Source: an uncultured Methanosarcinales archaeon
Lineage (GTDB): Archaea > Nanobdellota > Nanobdellia > Woesearchaeales > CAXGTL01
DNA length: 23,787 nt
Reading direction: 5' to 3'
NCBI GenBank assembly: GCA_964535955.1
Contig: CAZHVK010000005.1
Location: forward strand, 124,001 to 147,787
The notes under the pieces: generated by a model
Database searches by the model: none
Told to the model about the DNA's origin: nothing
Seen by the model: the letters and a program-made list of their open reading frames with translations, nothing else
Part shown: one piece after another, positions 16,212 through 23,787 of the stretch
How positions within the stretch are numbered: the first letter of the stretch is position 1
How the letters are laid out: every line of letters begins with the position of its first letter
Program-made: the position numbers and the translations under genes

Positions 16212-16318
16212 GAAACTGCCTCGCTCACATGCTCAATGCTCTTATCTTGACTAATTGACCAACAAAGTATTCTTACGATTCGAACCTTTGTTCGCTGGCC
16301 TTAACAGGCGGCAGTTTC
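16212..16318 (-). ncRNA. Candidate 107-nt structured RNA of unknown class downstream of dnaK
   Basis: GC-enriched island with a 9-bp closing stem GAAACUGCC/GGCAGUUUC and internal stems GCCU/AGGC, AACAAAG-GUUC/GAAU-A-CUUUGUU and UCAAU/AUUGA. Confidence 0.5.
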
Positions 16319-16348
16319 TTTTTTAATTGTTTTTTTATTAATTGTAAT

Positions 16349-18214
16349 TTATTTCTTCTCTTCATCAACTACTTCTGCATCAACAATATTTTCGTCTTTT
16401 TCATTGTCTTTTTTTGTTTTTGTATTGTCTTTTCCTGTTTTTCCTTCTTTTGCTTTCTTTGCTTGCTGTTCTGCTGCAGCCTTTTGATATAATTCTGTTG
16501 CAGCTTCTTGTGCTAACTTGTCAATTTCTTCTAATTTCTTCTTAATAATTTCATAATTCTTTTCTCTGTCTTTCATTAATCCTTTTAATTCTTCTATTGT
16601 GTCTGCTAAAGGTTTTAGCTTTTTTTCATCAACCTTTCCTTTCATGTCTTTCATTGACTTTTCTGTAGAATAGACCAAAGCATCTGCCTTATTGAATGTT
16701 TCTATTTTTTCTTTAGTTTTCTTGTCTTGCTCTGCATGTTGTTCTGCATCTTTTCTCATCTTTTCTATTTCTTCATCTGAAAGATTTGTTGAAGCTGTTA
16801 TTGTTATATTTTGTTCTTTAGCAGTACCTAGATCTTTTGCTTTAACATTAATTATGCCATTTGCATCTATGTCAAATGTTACTTCAATCTGCGGTATACC
16901 TCTTGGTGCTGGTGGTATGCCAACTAAATCAAATTGTCCTAAGACTTTGTTATCATTAAACATTGGTCTTTCACCTTGTGCAACTCTGATTGTTACTGCG
17001 GGCTGGTTATCTGCAGCTGTTGAAAATATCTGTGATTTCTTTGTAGGAATTGTTGTGTTTCTTTCAATAAGCTTTGTAAAAACACTTCCAAGAGTTTCAA
17101 TTCCTAAGCTCAAAGGTGTAACATCTAATAATAAAACATCTTTTACATCTCCACCCAAGATTCCTCCTTGAATTGCTGCGCCAAGTGCAACTGCTTCATC
17201 AGGATTAACTGATTTGTCTCCATCTTTACCTGTTAAACCTTTAACAAGTTTTTGTACAGCTGGGATTCTTGTTGAACCACCTACAAAGATAACTTTGTCA
17301 ATCTTAGATGAGCTTGCATCTTTTAGTGCTTGTTCTGCAGGAGCTTTTAGTTTTTCCAAAATATCTTCAATCAGTTGTTCAAATTTAGCTCTTGTTAAAT
17401 CAATATTAAGGTGTTTTGGGCCTTTATCATCTGCTGTTATAAATGGTAAGTTGATTGTAGCAGTCATTTTTGTTGATAATTCAATTTTTGCTTTTTCAGC
17501 TGCTTCTTTTAATCTTTGGTGAGCTACTTTATCTTGTCTTAAATCAATACCATTTTGTTTTTTGAATTCCTCTGCTAAGTAATCAACGATTTTATCATCA
17601 ATATCATCGCCACCAAGAAGGTTGTTACCATTTGTTGCTTTTACTTCAAACACTCCATCTCCTAATTCTAGTATTGAAACATCAAATGTTCCACCACCAA
17701 AGTCAAATACCATTATAGTATGATCATGACTCTTGTCTAAACCATATGCAAGTGATGCTGCTGTTGGTTCGTTTATGATTCTTAATACATTTAAACCAGC
17801 AATCTTACCTGCGTCTTTAGTTGCTTGCCTTTGTGAGTCTGTAAAATATGCAGGAACAGTGATAACTGCATCTGTTATTTTATGTCCTAGGTAAGCTTCT
17901 GCATCTGATTTTAATTTTTGCAAAATCATTGCAGAGATTTCTTGAGGAGAGTAATCCTTGCCATCAATTGTTGCTTTATGATCTGACCCCATGTGTCTTT
18001 TTATTGATCTTACAGTATGTTCTGGATTTGTTATTGCTTGATTTCTTGCAACCTGTCCAACTATTCTTTCACCATCTTTAATACTTACAACACTAGGTGT
18101 TGTTCTTCCACCTTCTGCACTTGGTATAATTGTTGCTTTTCCACCTTCTATTACAGCTACTGCTGAAAAAGTTGTGCCAAGATCGATTCCAATTGCTTTT
18201 GAATGTTTTGTCAT
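16349..18214 (-). CDS. dnaK: Chaperone DnaK (Hsp70); start probably 18214 (MTKHSK) after SD GGAGGA
   Basis: [56 protein letters not shown] and [11 protein letters not shown]. Confidence 0.99.
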   Translation of the reverse strand: MTKHSKAIGIDLGTTFSAVAVIEGGKATIIPSAEGGRTTPSVVSIKDGERIVGQVARNQAITNPEHTVRSIKRHMGSDHKATIDGKDYSPQEISAMILQKLKSDAEAYLGHKITDAVITVPAYFTDSQRQATKDAGKIAGLNVLRIINEPTAASLAYGLDKSHDHTIMVFDFGGGTFDVSILELGDGVFEVKATNGNNLLGGDDIDDKIVDYLAEEFKKQNGIDLRQDKVAHQRLKEAAEKAKIELSTKMTATINLPFITADDKGPKHLNIDLTRAKFEQLIEDILEKLKAPAEQALKDASSSKIDKVIFVGGSTRIPAVQKLVKGLTGKDGDKSVNPDEAVALGAAIQGGILGGDVKDVLLLDVTPLSLGIETLGSVFTKLIERNTTIPTKKSQIFSTAADNQPAVTIRVAQGERPMFNDNKVLGQFDLVGIPPAPRGIPQIEVTFDIDANGIINVKAKDLGTAKEQNITITASTNLSDEEIEKMRKDAEQHAEQDKKTKEKIETFNKADALVYSTEKSMKDMKGKVDEKKLKPLADTIEELKGLMKDREKNYEIIKKKLEEIDKLAQEAATELYQKAAAEQQAKKAKEGKTGKDNTKTKKDNEKDENIVDAEVVDEEKK

Positions 18215-18228
18215 TTTATTGTCCTCCA

Positions 18229-18603
18229 TTAACCTAAATAACTAGGTATTTTTACTTCACCTGCTTTTGTTATTTTTGATTTTGATTTTTTTGATTTTGA
18301 TTTTTTTCTTTGTTTTTCAATTTTTTCAATTACTTTAGGTTTTTTTATCTTAATATATGTTTTTTCATATTTTTCAATTGCTTTTCCTAAAAGTTCATGA
18401 AATTTCTTTGCCTGAAATGTGTCAAGAAGCACAACATTATGTTTTAATGTCATAACTACACCATTTTTTGTTCTAGGATCCATTCTTGGACTTATATTTT
18501 TAAAATCTAAGATAAATTGTAATGCATTAAAGTTTACAGAGATCTCATGCGAGAAAAATGCTTCACAATCCAAAATGTTTAAATTAATTTTTTTATCACT
18601 CAT
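18229..18603 (-). CDS. DUF3467-like protein
   Basis: FFS.E.SV......FILDFK..SP...VVLL....AK.F..LL...IEKYEK.Y..I pattern, recognised by eye. Confidence 0.7.
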   Translation of the reverse strand: MSDKKINLNILDCEAFFSHEISVNFNALQFILDFKNISPRMDPRTKNGVVMTLKHNVVLLDTFQAKKFHELLGKAIEKYEKTYIKIKKPKVIEKIEKQRKKSKSKKSKSKITKAGEVKIPSYLG

Positions 18604-18932
18604 AGTTTTTCACCCTTGATATTTTGTCTTAATTCATCAACTCTTTCTTGTTTTAATATTTTTCTTGGTTGTTTTAATTTTTCTTTGTATGATACAATAT
18701 TAACATTTTCTAATAGTTTTGTTAACTTTGTTAATTGTTGTTTTTGTTCTTGTTCTAATGAGCCGATTGCTTCATATAAACTTTGATCATATGTGAATAA
18801 TACAACATTATTTGGTTTGCACATAATCATTGTTTCTATTTTTTCATTTCCTAAAAAGTATTTTAAGATTGCCTCTGCTTTTAGGAATATTTTTTTCATT
18901 TCAATTTTTTGTTTATTCATATTTTCATTCAT
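18600..18932 (-). CDS. Hypothetical protein, possibly a degenerate PIN-like fold
   Basis: KIFLKAEAILKYFLG...LFTYDQSLYEAIGS resembles the PIN N-terminal half, with the first catalytic Asp position replaced by Lys. Lies inside the operon. Confidence 0.6.
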   Translation of the reverse strand: MNENMNKQKIEMKKIFLKAEAILKYFLGNEKIETMIMCKPNNVVLFTYDQSLYEAIGSLEQEQKQQLTKLTKLLENVNIVSYKEKLKQPRKILKQERVDELRQNIKGEKL

Positions 18933-18936
18933 ATTA

Positions 18937-19470
18937 TCATCCTCTTTTATTTACCTTCACTTTACTAGGTCTTATAACTTGATTGTTAAGTGTGTAACCT
19001 TTTTGAAACTCTTCTAATATTATATTATCCTGTTGTGTTTTATCTTTTCCTTGCATTAATGCTTCATGCAGATATGGATCGAATATTTTTCCTTTTGTTT
19101 CAATGCTTTTTAATCCTTGTTCTTCAAGCAAAATTATTAATTGAGTATATATTAATTTCATTCCTTTTACAAATTCATCTTTGTTTTCTGTATTTTTTAG
19201 TGCAAGTTCAAAATTGTCTAATAATGGTAAAATTGTGAGTATTAGTTCTTTATTTGCGAATTTGATGAATTCTTGATTTTGTTTTTCTGTTCTTTTTTTA
19301 TAGTTTTCAAATTCTGCTTGAAGTCTTTGAATAGATTCTGTTAATTCTCCCTTATGTTTTTCTTGATCTTTAAGTTGTTGTTTGTATATTTCTATTTGTT
19401 CTTCTTTACTTTTTTTTTCAATTGATTTTTCTGAATGTTTTTTTTTCATGTCTTTTCTTGCCTTATTCAT
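18937..19470 (-). CDS. grpE: Nucleotide exchange factor GrpE
   Basis: RLQAEFENYKKR, LPLLDNFELAL, FDPYLHEA and FQKGY.L...VIRPSKVKV. Confidence 0.97.
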   Translation of the reverse strand: MNKARKDMKKKHSEKSIEKKSKEEQIEIYKQQLKDQEKHKGELTESIQRLQAEFENYKKRTEKQNQEFIKFANKELILTILPLLDNFELALKNTENKDEFVKGMKLIYTQLIILLEEQGLKSIETKGKIFDPYLHEALMQGKDKTQQDNIILEEFQKGYTLNNQVIRPSKVKVNKRG

Positions 19471-19488
19471 ACTTATTCCACCTTGTTT

Positions 19489-19598
19489 GTTGACCTTAAA
19501 TCAACCATGTTTACTTAGAAACAACAACTAGTATTTAAATGTTTCTATTTGGTATAGGAAAAGTTTATATACTAGCTCGTTTATTTAAAATCAACGAG
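19489..19598. promoter_or_regulatory. Divergent grpE/regulator promoters with three GTTGA-N7-TCAAC-type operators
   Basis: Mirror BRE-TATA boxes GAAACATTTAAATACTAG (minus, 19528-19545) and GAAAAGTTTATATACTAG (plus, 19558-19575). Operator-like sites at 19489-19505, 19509-19525 and 19579-19595. Confidence 0.7.
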
Positions 19599-19608
19599 GT
19601 CAATATGC

Positions 19609-20016
19609 ATGTTTTTTAAGATAAGCAAAATAACAATAACAAGGCTGAGAAAGCCAAATAGTCATAATATTAATCAAGAACTTCAGTGGTTTGGTAATTC
19701 TTTAGGTTTATTTGGTCTGCGTGATAAAGATAAATCATGCTTTAGGATCTTTATTGAGCTTTTGAAATCAGCTAAAAAAGGTGAAGGTATGTCTAGTGAT
19801 GAACTTGCATTTAAACTTCACTTATCTAGAGGAACTGTAGTGCATCATCTGAATAAGTTAATGGAATCTGGAATTGTTATTAATCGTAAGAATAAATATT
19901 TTATGAGGGTTGATAATCTCAAAGAATTGATAAAGGTTCTAAAAGCTGATATTGAGAAATCGTTTACAGAATTAGAAGATATGGCTAAAGAGATTGATGG
20001 TGTATTGGGTCTTTAA
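19609..20016 (+). CDS. Winged helix-turn-helix transcriptional regulator (ArsR/TrmB-like)
   Basis: RIFIELL...GMSSDELAFKLHLSRGTVVHHLNKLMESGIV......Y followed by a C-terminal helix. SD GAGGT upstream. Confidence 0.9.
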   Translation: MFFKISKITITRLRKPNSHNINQELQWFGNSLGLFGLRDKDKSCFRIFIELLKSAKKGEGMSSDELAFKLHLSRGTVVHHLNKLMESGIVINRKNKYFMRVDNLKELIKVLKADIEKSFTELEDMAKEIDGVLGL

Positions 20017-21140
20017 TATCTCTCCAGCACATCTTCAATCTTCTTAACAGTTAAGTCCCATGAATAATGATGTTTTACTGTTTTTCTTGCTTCTTGGCCA
20101 ATTGAATGCCTTAAGTGTGGTTTTTGTAATAACATCTCAATCTTTTTTCTAAGGACTAACCAATTTTCTTTTGGAAAAAAGAAACCATTTTCTTTGTCTA
20201 AAACATATTTTTTCATTGCTTCTAATGGTGTAACTATAACTGGAAGGCCACATGCCATTGCCTCTAATGTGGATAAAGATGTTGTCTCTGTTAAACTTGG
20301 TAATACAAAGATATCCATTGCCTGCAGATATGGAATTACATTATCTTTTTCACCTGTTAAAATTATGTTTGGTTTGTTCTTGAAAACTTGTTCTTCTGAT
20401 TCCTGACCCTTACCTACTAATAATAACTTTGTTTTAGGAAATTTGTTTTTTAATGAATGAAATGCTCTAAACAAAGTTTTAAGGTTTTTTTCTCTACCAA
20501 GTCTGCCGCAATAACCAATTACTTTGTATTCTGGATTTATTTCTATTTTTTGTTTTGCTAGTTTTTTATCTTCAGATGGTTTGAATTTTTCTGTGTTAAT
20601 TCCTAGGGGTATGACTGTTTTAATTGCTGTTATTTTTTCTTTTTCTAAAACATAACCAGTATCACTTGTAGGAACCATCAAAATATTACATTTGTTATAC
20701 AATCTCCTGCTAAATGATTTGGCAAACCAATAAACAAATTTCTTTATTATTGGAAATGTCTTGATGCTCTTTGTAACAATTTCCCAATTTATTACATGAA
20801 TATAAGAGAGAAGTGGTTTTTGCAGTTTGTGTGCAATCTTAATCGTTGTATAACCTAATGTGCTTAGGTCTTGGACCCAAACAATGTCTGTTTTTTCAAC
20901 ATAAGGTCTGATTAATTTTTTAGAAAACTTTGCAAGAGGTAGATCACCTACCACCCTGCCTGATAATGGTGCTTTAATGATTTTTACATTTTCAAATTTT
21001 ACACCCTTGCCTTTGAAATTTGGTGCAATAACTGTTATATTATACTTATCACTTAATTTTGGAATAACTTCTGCAAGAAACCTAGCAACACCATCCCACC
21101 TTGGTAAAAATGAATCTGAAACAATTAATAATTTTTTCAT
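20013..21140 (-). CDS. Glycosyltransferase family 4 (GT-B)
   Basis: SDSFLPRWDGV, GRLGREKN and DIFVLPSLTETTSLSTLEAMACGLPV. Confidence 0.95.
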   Translation of the reverse strand: MKKLLIVSDSFLPRWDGVARFLAEVIPKLSDKYNITVIAPNFKGKGVKFENVKIIKAPLSGRVVGDLPLAKFSKKLIRPYVEKTDIVWVQDLSTLGYTTIKIAHKLQKPLLSYIHVINWEIVTKSIKTFPIIKKFVYWFAKSFSRRLYNKCNILMVPTSDTGYVLEKEKITAIKTVIPLGINTEKFKPSEDKKLAKQKIEINPEYKVIGYCGRLGREKNLKTLFRAFHSLKNKFPKTKLLLVGKGQESEEQVFKNKPNIILTGEKDNVIPYLQAMDIFVLPSLTETTSLSTLEAMACGLPVIVTPLEAMKKYVLDKENGFFFPKENWLVLRKKIEMLLQKPHLRHSIGQEARKTVKHHYSWDLTVKKIEDVLERY

Positions 21141-21796
21141 CTTACTTTAAAAAACCTCTCTGCGTATTTTTCATCAATATATAACCCATAGACCCATGCT
21201 TTTACATACATGACAATAAATGGCCAATAGTTTAAGAATGTTGAAACTGAGAACTGGCTTTCAAAACAGCCCAATGCTCTTAACTTTGTCTTAAAAGTTT
21301 TTGTTATGTCTACATAAAGTTTTGGTAAAGACCTTTTTCTGAAATTAAAAGGGTTCCATACATCAAATGTATAAAGACCAACCTTATAATTAAGTTTATC
21401 TAATACATCTACAACTGTTTTATACACATCTCTGTGGCCTGGATGAGGATCATCAAAACTATGTGTAAATATTTGTGTTGGTTTATGTTTATTAATAATG
21501 TCAATTATTTTTTTAGGTATGTTTTTTTCTTTTATCTGATTTGCAAAATTGACATCACTAAGTCCTAGAAAATAAACACCATGACCTTTGATGACTTTGT
21601 CTGCTTCTTTTGCTTCATTAACCCTTATCTTAATTGCTATTTCCTCTTTGATGTGTGGCATAGAAAGCTGGCCATATGAAAATATAACTGTAATTATTCT
21701 TTTACCTTGTTTTGCATATTTTGCTAGTGTGCCTCCTGGGCCTAGTATCTGGTCATCTGAGTGTGCACACATTACCATAATTGTGTCTTTTGTCAT
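21137..21796 (-). CDS. PIG-L/LmbE family N-deacetylase
   Basis: AHSDD..LG.GGTL, R..EA..A, IFTH...DPHPGH, YVDIT, K..AL..F.SQ and AERF. Confidence 0.93.
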   Translation of the reverse strand: MTKDTIMVMCAHSDDQILGPGGTLAKYAKQGKRIITVIFSYGQLSMPHIKEEIAIKIRVNEAKEADKVIKGHGVYFLGLSDVNFANQIKEKNIPKKIIDIINKHKPTQIFTHSFDDPHPGHRDVYKTVVDVLDKLNYKVGLYTFDVWNPFNFRKRSLPKLYVDITKTFKTKLRALGCFESQFSVSTFLNYWPFIVMYVKAWVYGLYIDEKYAERFFKVR

Positions 21797-21898
21797 TAAT
21801 GTTGATGATGTGTTTATTGTTTATAAATGTTAGTGTCTGCGAATGTACGTGGTTGTATAGCAAAAAGTTTAAAAACCAGTCATATCTAACTACTTCTA

Positions 21899-23686
21899 AT
21901 GCAAGCAAAAGAACTAATTAACAAATATATTGAATTTTTTAAATCAAAAGGACATTTTGAGATAAAAGGTGCTTCACTTATTCCTGAGAATGATCCTACT
22001 GTTTTATTTACAACAGCTGGTATGCACCCATTGATGCCATTTTTATTAGGGCAGCCGCATCCAAGAGGTAAAAGAGTTGTGAATGTTCAGAAATGTATTA
22101 GGACTTGTGATATTGATGCTGTAGGTGATCCTAGTCATTTGACTTTTTTTGAGATGCTTGGTAATTGGAGTTTTGGTAATTATTGGAAAAAAGAAGCTAT
22201 CTCTTGGAGTTTTTTATTTCTCACCGAGATTCTTGGATTCAAGGTTTCTCAATTGCATGTTACATGTTTTGGAGGAGATAAAAGGGTTACAGAAGTTCCA
22301 AAAGATGATGAAGCTGCAAAAATATGGAAATCATTAGGAATCCCTGATGAAAGAATTGTTTTTTTAGAAGGTGGTGCTTTAGAAGGAGAAGATAATTGGT
22401 GGGGGCCTCCAGGTGAAACAGGACCTTGTGGACCATCTACTGAAATGTTTATTGATACTGGAATTGAATCATGTTCACCTAATTGCAAACCAGGCTGTGG
22501 TTGTGGAAAATATTTTGAAATATGGAATGATGTGTTTATGGAATATAATAAAACTAAAGATGGTAAGTTTGTTCCACTACCAAATAAAAATGTAGATACA
22601 GGCATGGGTGTTGAAAGAACAATTGCAATGATGTCTGGCAAAAAAACTGTTTATGAAACTGAATTATTCTTGCCTATTATTAAAAAGATTGATGAGATTA
22701 CTCCTGAAGATATTGGTTCTGATAATAAATATGTAAGAATTATTGCTGACCATATGAGGTCTGCTGTTTTTCTTCTTTCTGAAAATATTGTTCCTAGTAA
22801 ACTTGATCAAGGTTATATATTAAGAAGGTTTATACGTCGTGTTATTAGATATTTGAGATTGTTAAGTGTTGATTTGTTTAAGATTGATGCAACAGTTGAG
22901 ATTGCTAAGGTTGTTATTAAAACTTATCAAGACAGATATCCAGAACTTTTAAGTAGAAAAAAATTTATATTTGATGAACTAAAGAAAGAAGAAGATAAGT
23001 TTCAAAGTGCTCTTGAAAAAGGTTTAAAAGAATTTGAGAGTATGGTTGAAAAAGATAATCAAATAACTGATAAAGAAGCTTTTTTATTATTTCAATCATT
23101 TGGTTTTCCAATAGAAATGATAAAGGAATTAGCTTCAGAAAAAGGAGTGCCAATTGATGTTGATGGTTTTCATGCTGAGTTTAAAAAGCATCAAGAATTG
23201 AGTAGAGCTGGTGGTTCTAAAAGGTTCAAAGGTGGGCTGGCTGATTCATCTTCTGAAACAAAGAAACTGCATACTGCTACGCATTTGTTGAATGAAGCAT
23301 TGCGTATTGTTTTAAGTAAAAAGGATATTGTTCAAAAAGGTTCTAATATCACTCCTGAACGTTTGCGTTTTGATTTTAATTTTGATAGAAAACTTACTTC
23401 TGAGGAACTGAAGAAAGTTGAGGATCTTGTTAATGAAAAGATTTCTCAAGGCTTGGATGTTGTTAAAGAAGAGATGACTGTTGAAGAAGCAAAGAAAAGA
23501 GGTGCACAATCAGAGTTTGAGCATAAGTATGGTGAAAAGGTTTTTGTTTATCACATTGTTGGTTTTTCTACTGAAATCTGTATGGGGCCTCATGTTAAGA
23601 ATACTTCTGAGTTAGGTAAGTTTAAGATTAAGAAAGAGCAAGGGATAGCAGCTGGTGTTAGAAGGATTAAGGCTGTTTTGGAATAA
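21899..23686 (+). CDS. alaS: Alanine--tRNA ligase, short form (aminoacylation plus editing domains, no C-Ala domain)
   Basis: FTTAGM, QKCIRT, HLTFFEMLGNWSFG, DTGMGVER, IIADH, editing motifs HTATH and CMGPH; ends at GVRRIKAV. Confidence 0.97.
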   Translation: MQAKELINKYIEFFKSKGHFEIKGASLIPENDPTVLFTTAGMHPLMPFLLGQPHPRGKRVVNVQKCIRTCDIDAVGDPSHLTFFEMLGNWSFGNYWKKEAISWSFLFLTEILGFKVSQLHVTCFGGDKRVTEVPKDDEAAKIWKSLGIPDERIVFLEGGALEGEDNWWGPPGETGPCGPSTEMFIDTGIESCSPNCKPGCGCGKYFEIWNDVFMEYNKTKDGKFVPLPNKNVDTGMGVERTIAMMSGKKTVYETELFLPIIKKIDEITPEDIGSDNKYVRIIADHMRSAVFLLSENIVPSKLDQGYILRRFIRRVIRYLRLLSVDLFKIDATVEIAKVVIKTYQDRYPELLSRKKFIFDELKKEEDKFQSALEKGLKEFESMVEKDNQITDKEAFLLFQSFGFPIEMIKELASEKGVPIDVDGFHAEFKKHQELSRAGGSKRFKGGLADSSSETKKLHTATHLLNEALRIVLSKKDIVQKGSNITPERLRFDFNFDRKLTSEELKKVEDLVNEKISQGLDVVKEEMTVEEAKKRGAQSEFEHKYGEKVFVYHIVGFSTEICMGPHVKNTSELGKFKIKKEQGIAAGVRRIKAVLE

Positions 23687-23688
23687 AT

Positions 23689-23787
23689 TCACCAAGTCTT
23701 TTTACCCATTATGTTTGAGACTTCTCTGAGAATCTTTTTTTCAAAAAATAATAATTCTTGCCTTGTTGTTATTTTTTTATTATTCAT
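23689..23787 (-). CDS. Open frame at the window edge (MNNKKITTRQELLFFEKKILREVSNIMGKKTW); a small ORF or the 3' end of a longer gene
   Basis: Only minus-strand frame open from the window edge, convergent on alaS. The upstream context is not visible. Confidence 0.35.
   Translation of the reverse strand: MNNKKITTRQELLFFEKKILREVSNIMGKKTW

Noticed and set aside
16212..16318. 5S rRNA, tRNA or C/D-box sRNA identity for the 107-nt element
   Set aside because: It lacks 5S conserved loops, a cloverleaf with a paired T-stem, and RUGAUGA/CUGA boxes. It is kept only as an unknown RNA candidate.
313..23509. Numerous 60-160 aa ORFs in the track that are antisense or out of frame to real genes (e.g. 313..573, 3508..3819, 6202..6558, 14425..14784, 16692..17171, 22249..22641)
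   Set aside because: They are shadow ORFs overlapping well-supported genes or RNAs, with the F/S/L/I-rich composition expected from the reverse of K/E-rich codons.

Overview
This is an AT-rich archaeal chromosomal segment. The gene set and protein style suggest a DPANN lineage such as Woesearchaeota, which is an inference. Housekeeping content: RNase P protein Rpp21, RNase P RNA, Nip7, an intron-containing tRNA-Arg(GCG), ATP-dependent DNA ligase, an AI-2E transporter, Sec61beta/SecG, an intein-containing Hel308/Ski2-like helicase lacking its N-terminal RecA1 domain, a stand-alone response-regulator receiver, an expanded grpE-dnaK-dnaJ operon facing a divergent wHTH regulator, a PIG-L deacetylase plus GT4 pair, and a short alanyl-tRNA synthetase. 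Between these lie orphan genes and several microproteins missed by the ORF track. I found no CRISPR array, transposase or integrase. The most notable observations are: (1) a candidate heat-shock repressor with three GTTGA-N7-TCAAC-type operators in the grpE/regulator divergent promoter; (2) a promoter module shared by orphan genes, made of a GTCAYTA-N5-TARTGAC palindrome at fixed spacing from TATA plus ~31-bp tandem repeats; (3) two structured RNA elements after dnaK, one of them a possible SD-sequestering pseudoknot; (4) a truncated or split Hel308; (5) an atypical RNase P RNA carrying an inserted palindrome doublet. All calls come from reading the sequence by eye; no searches or folding programs were run.
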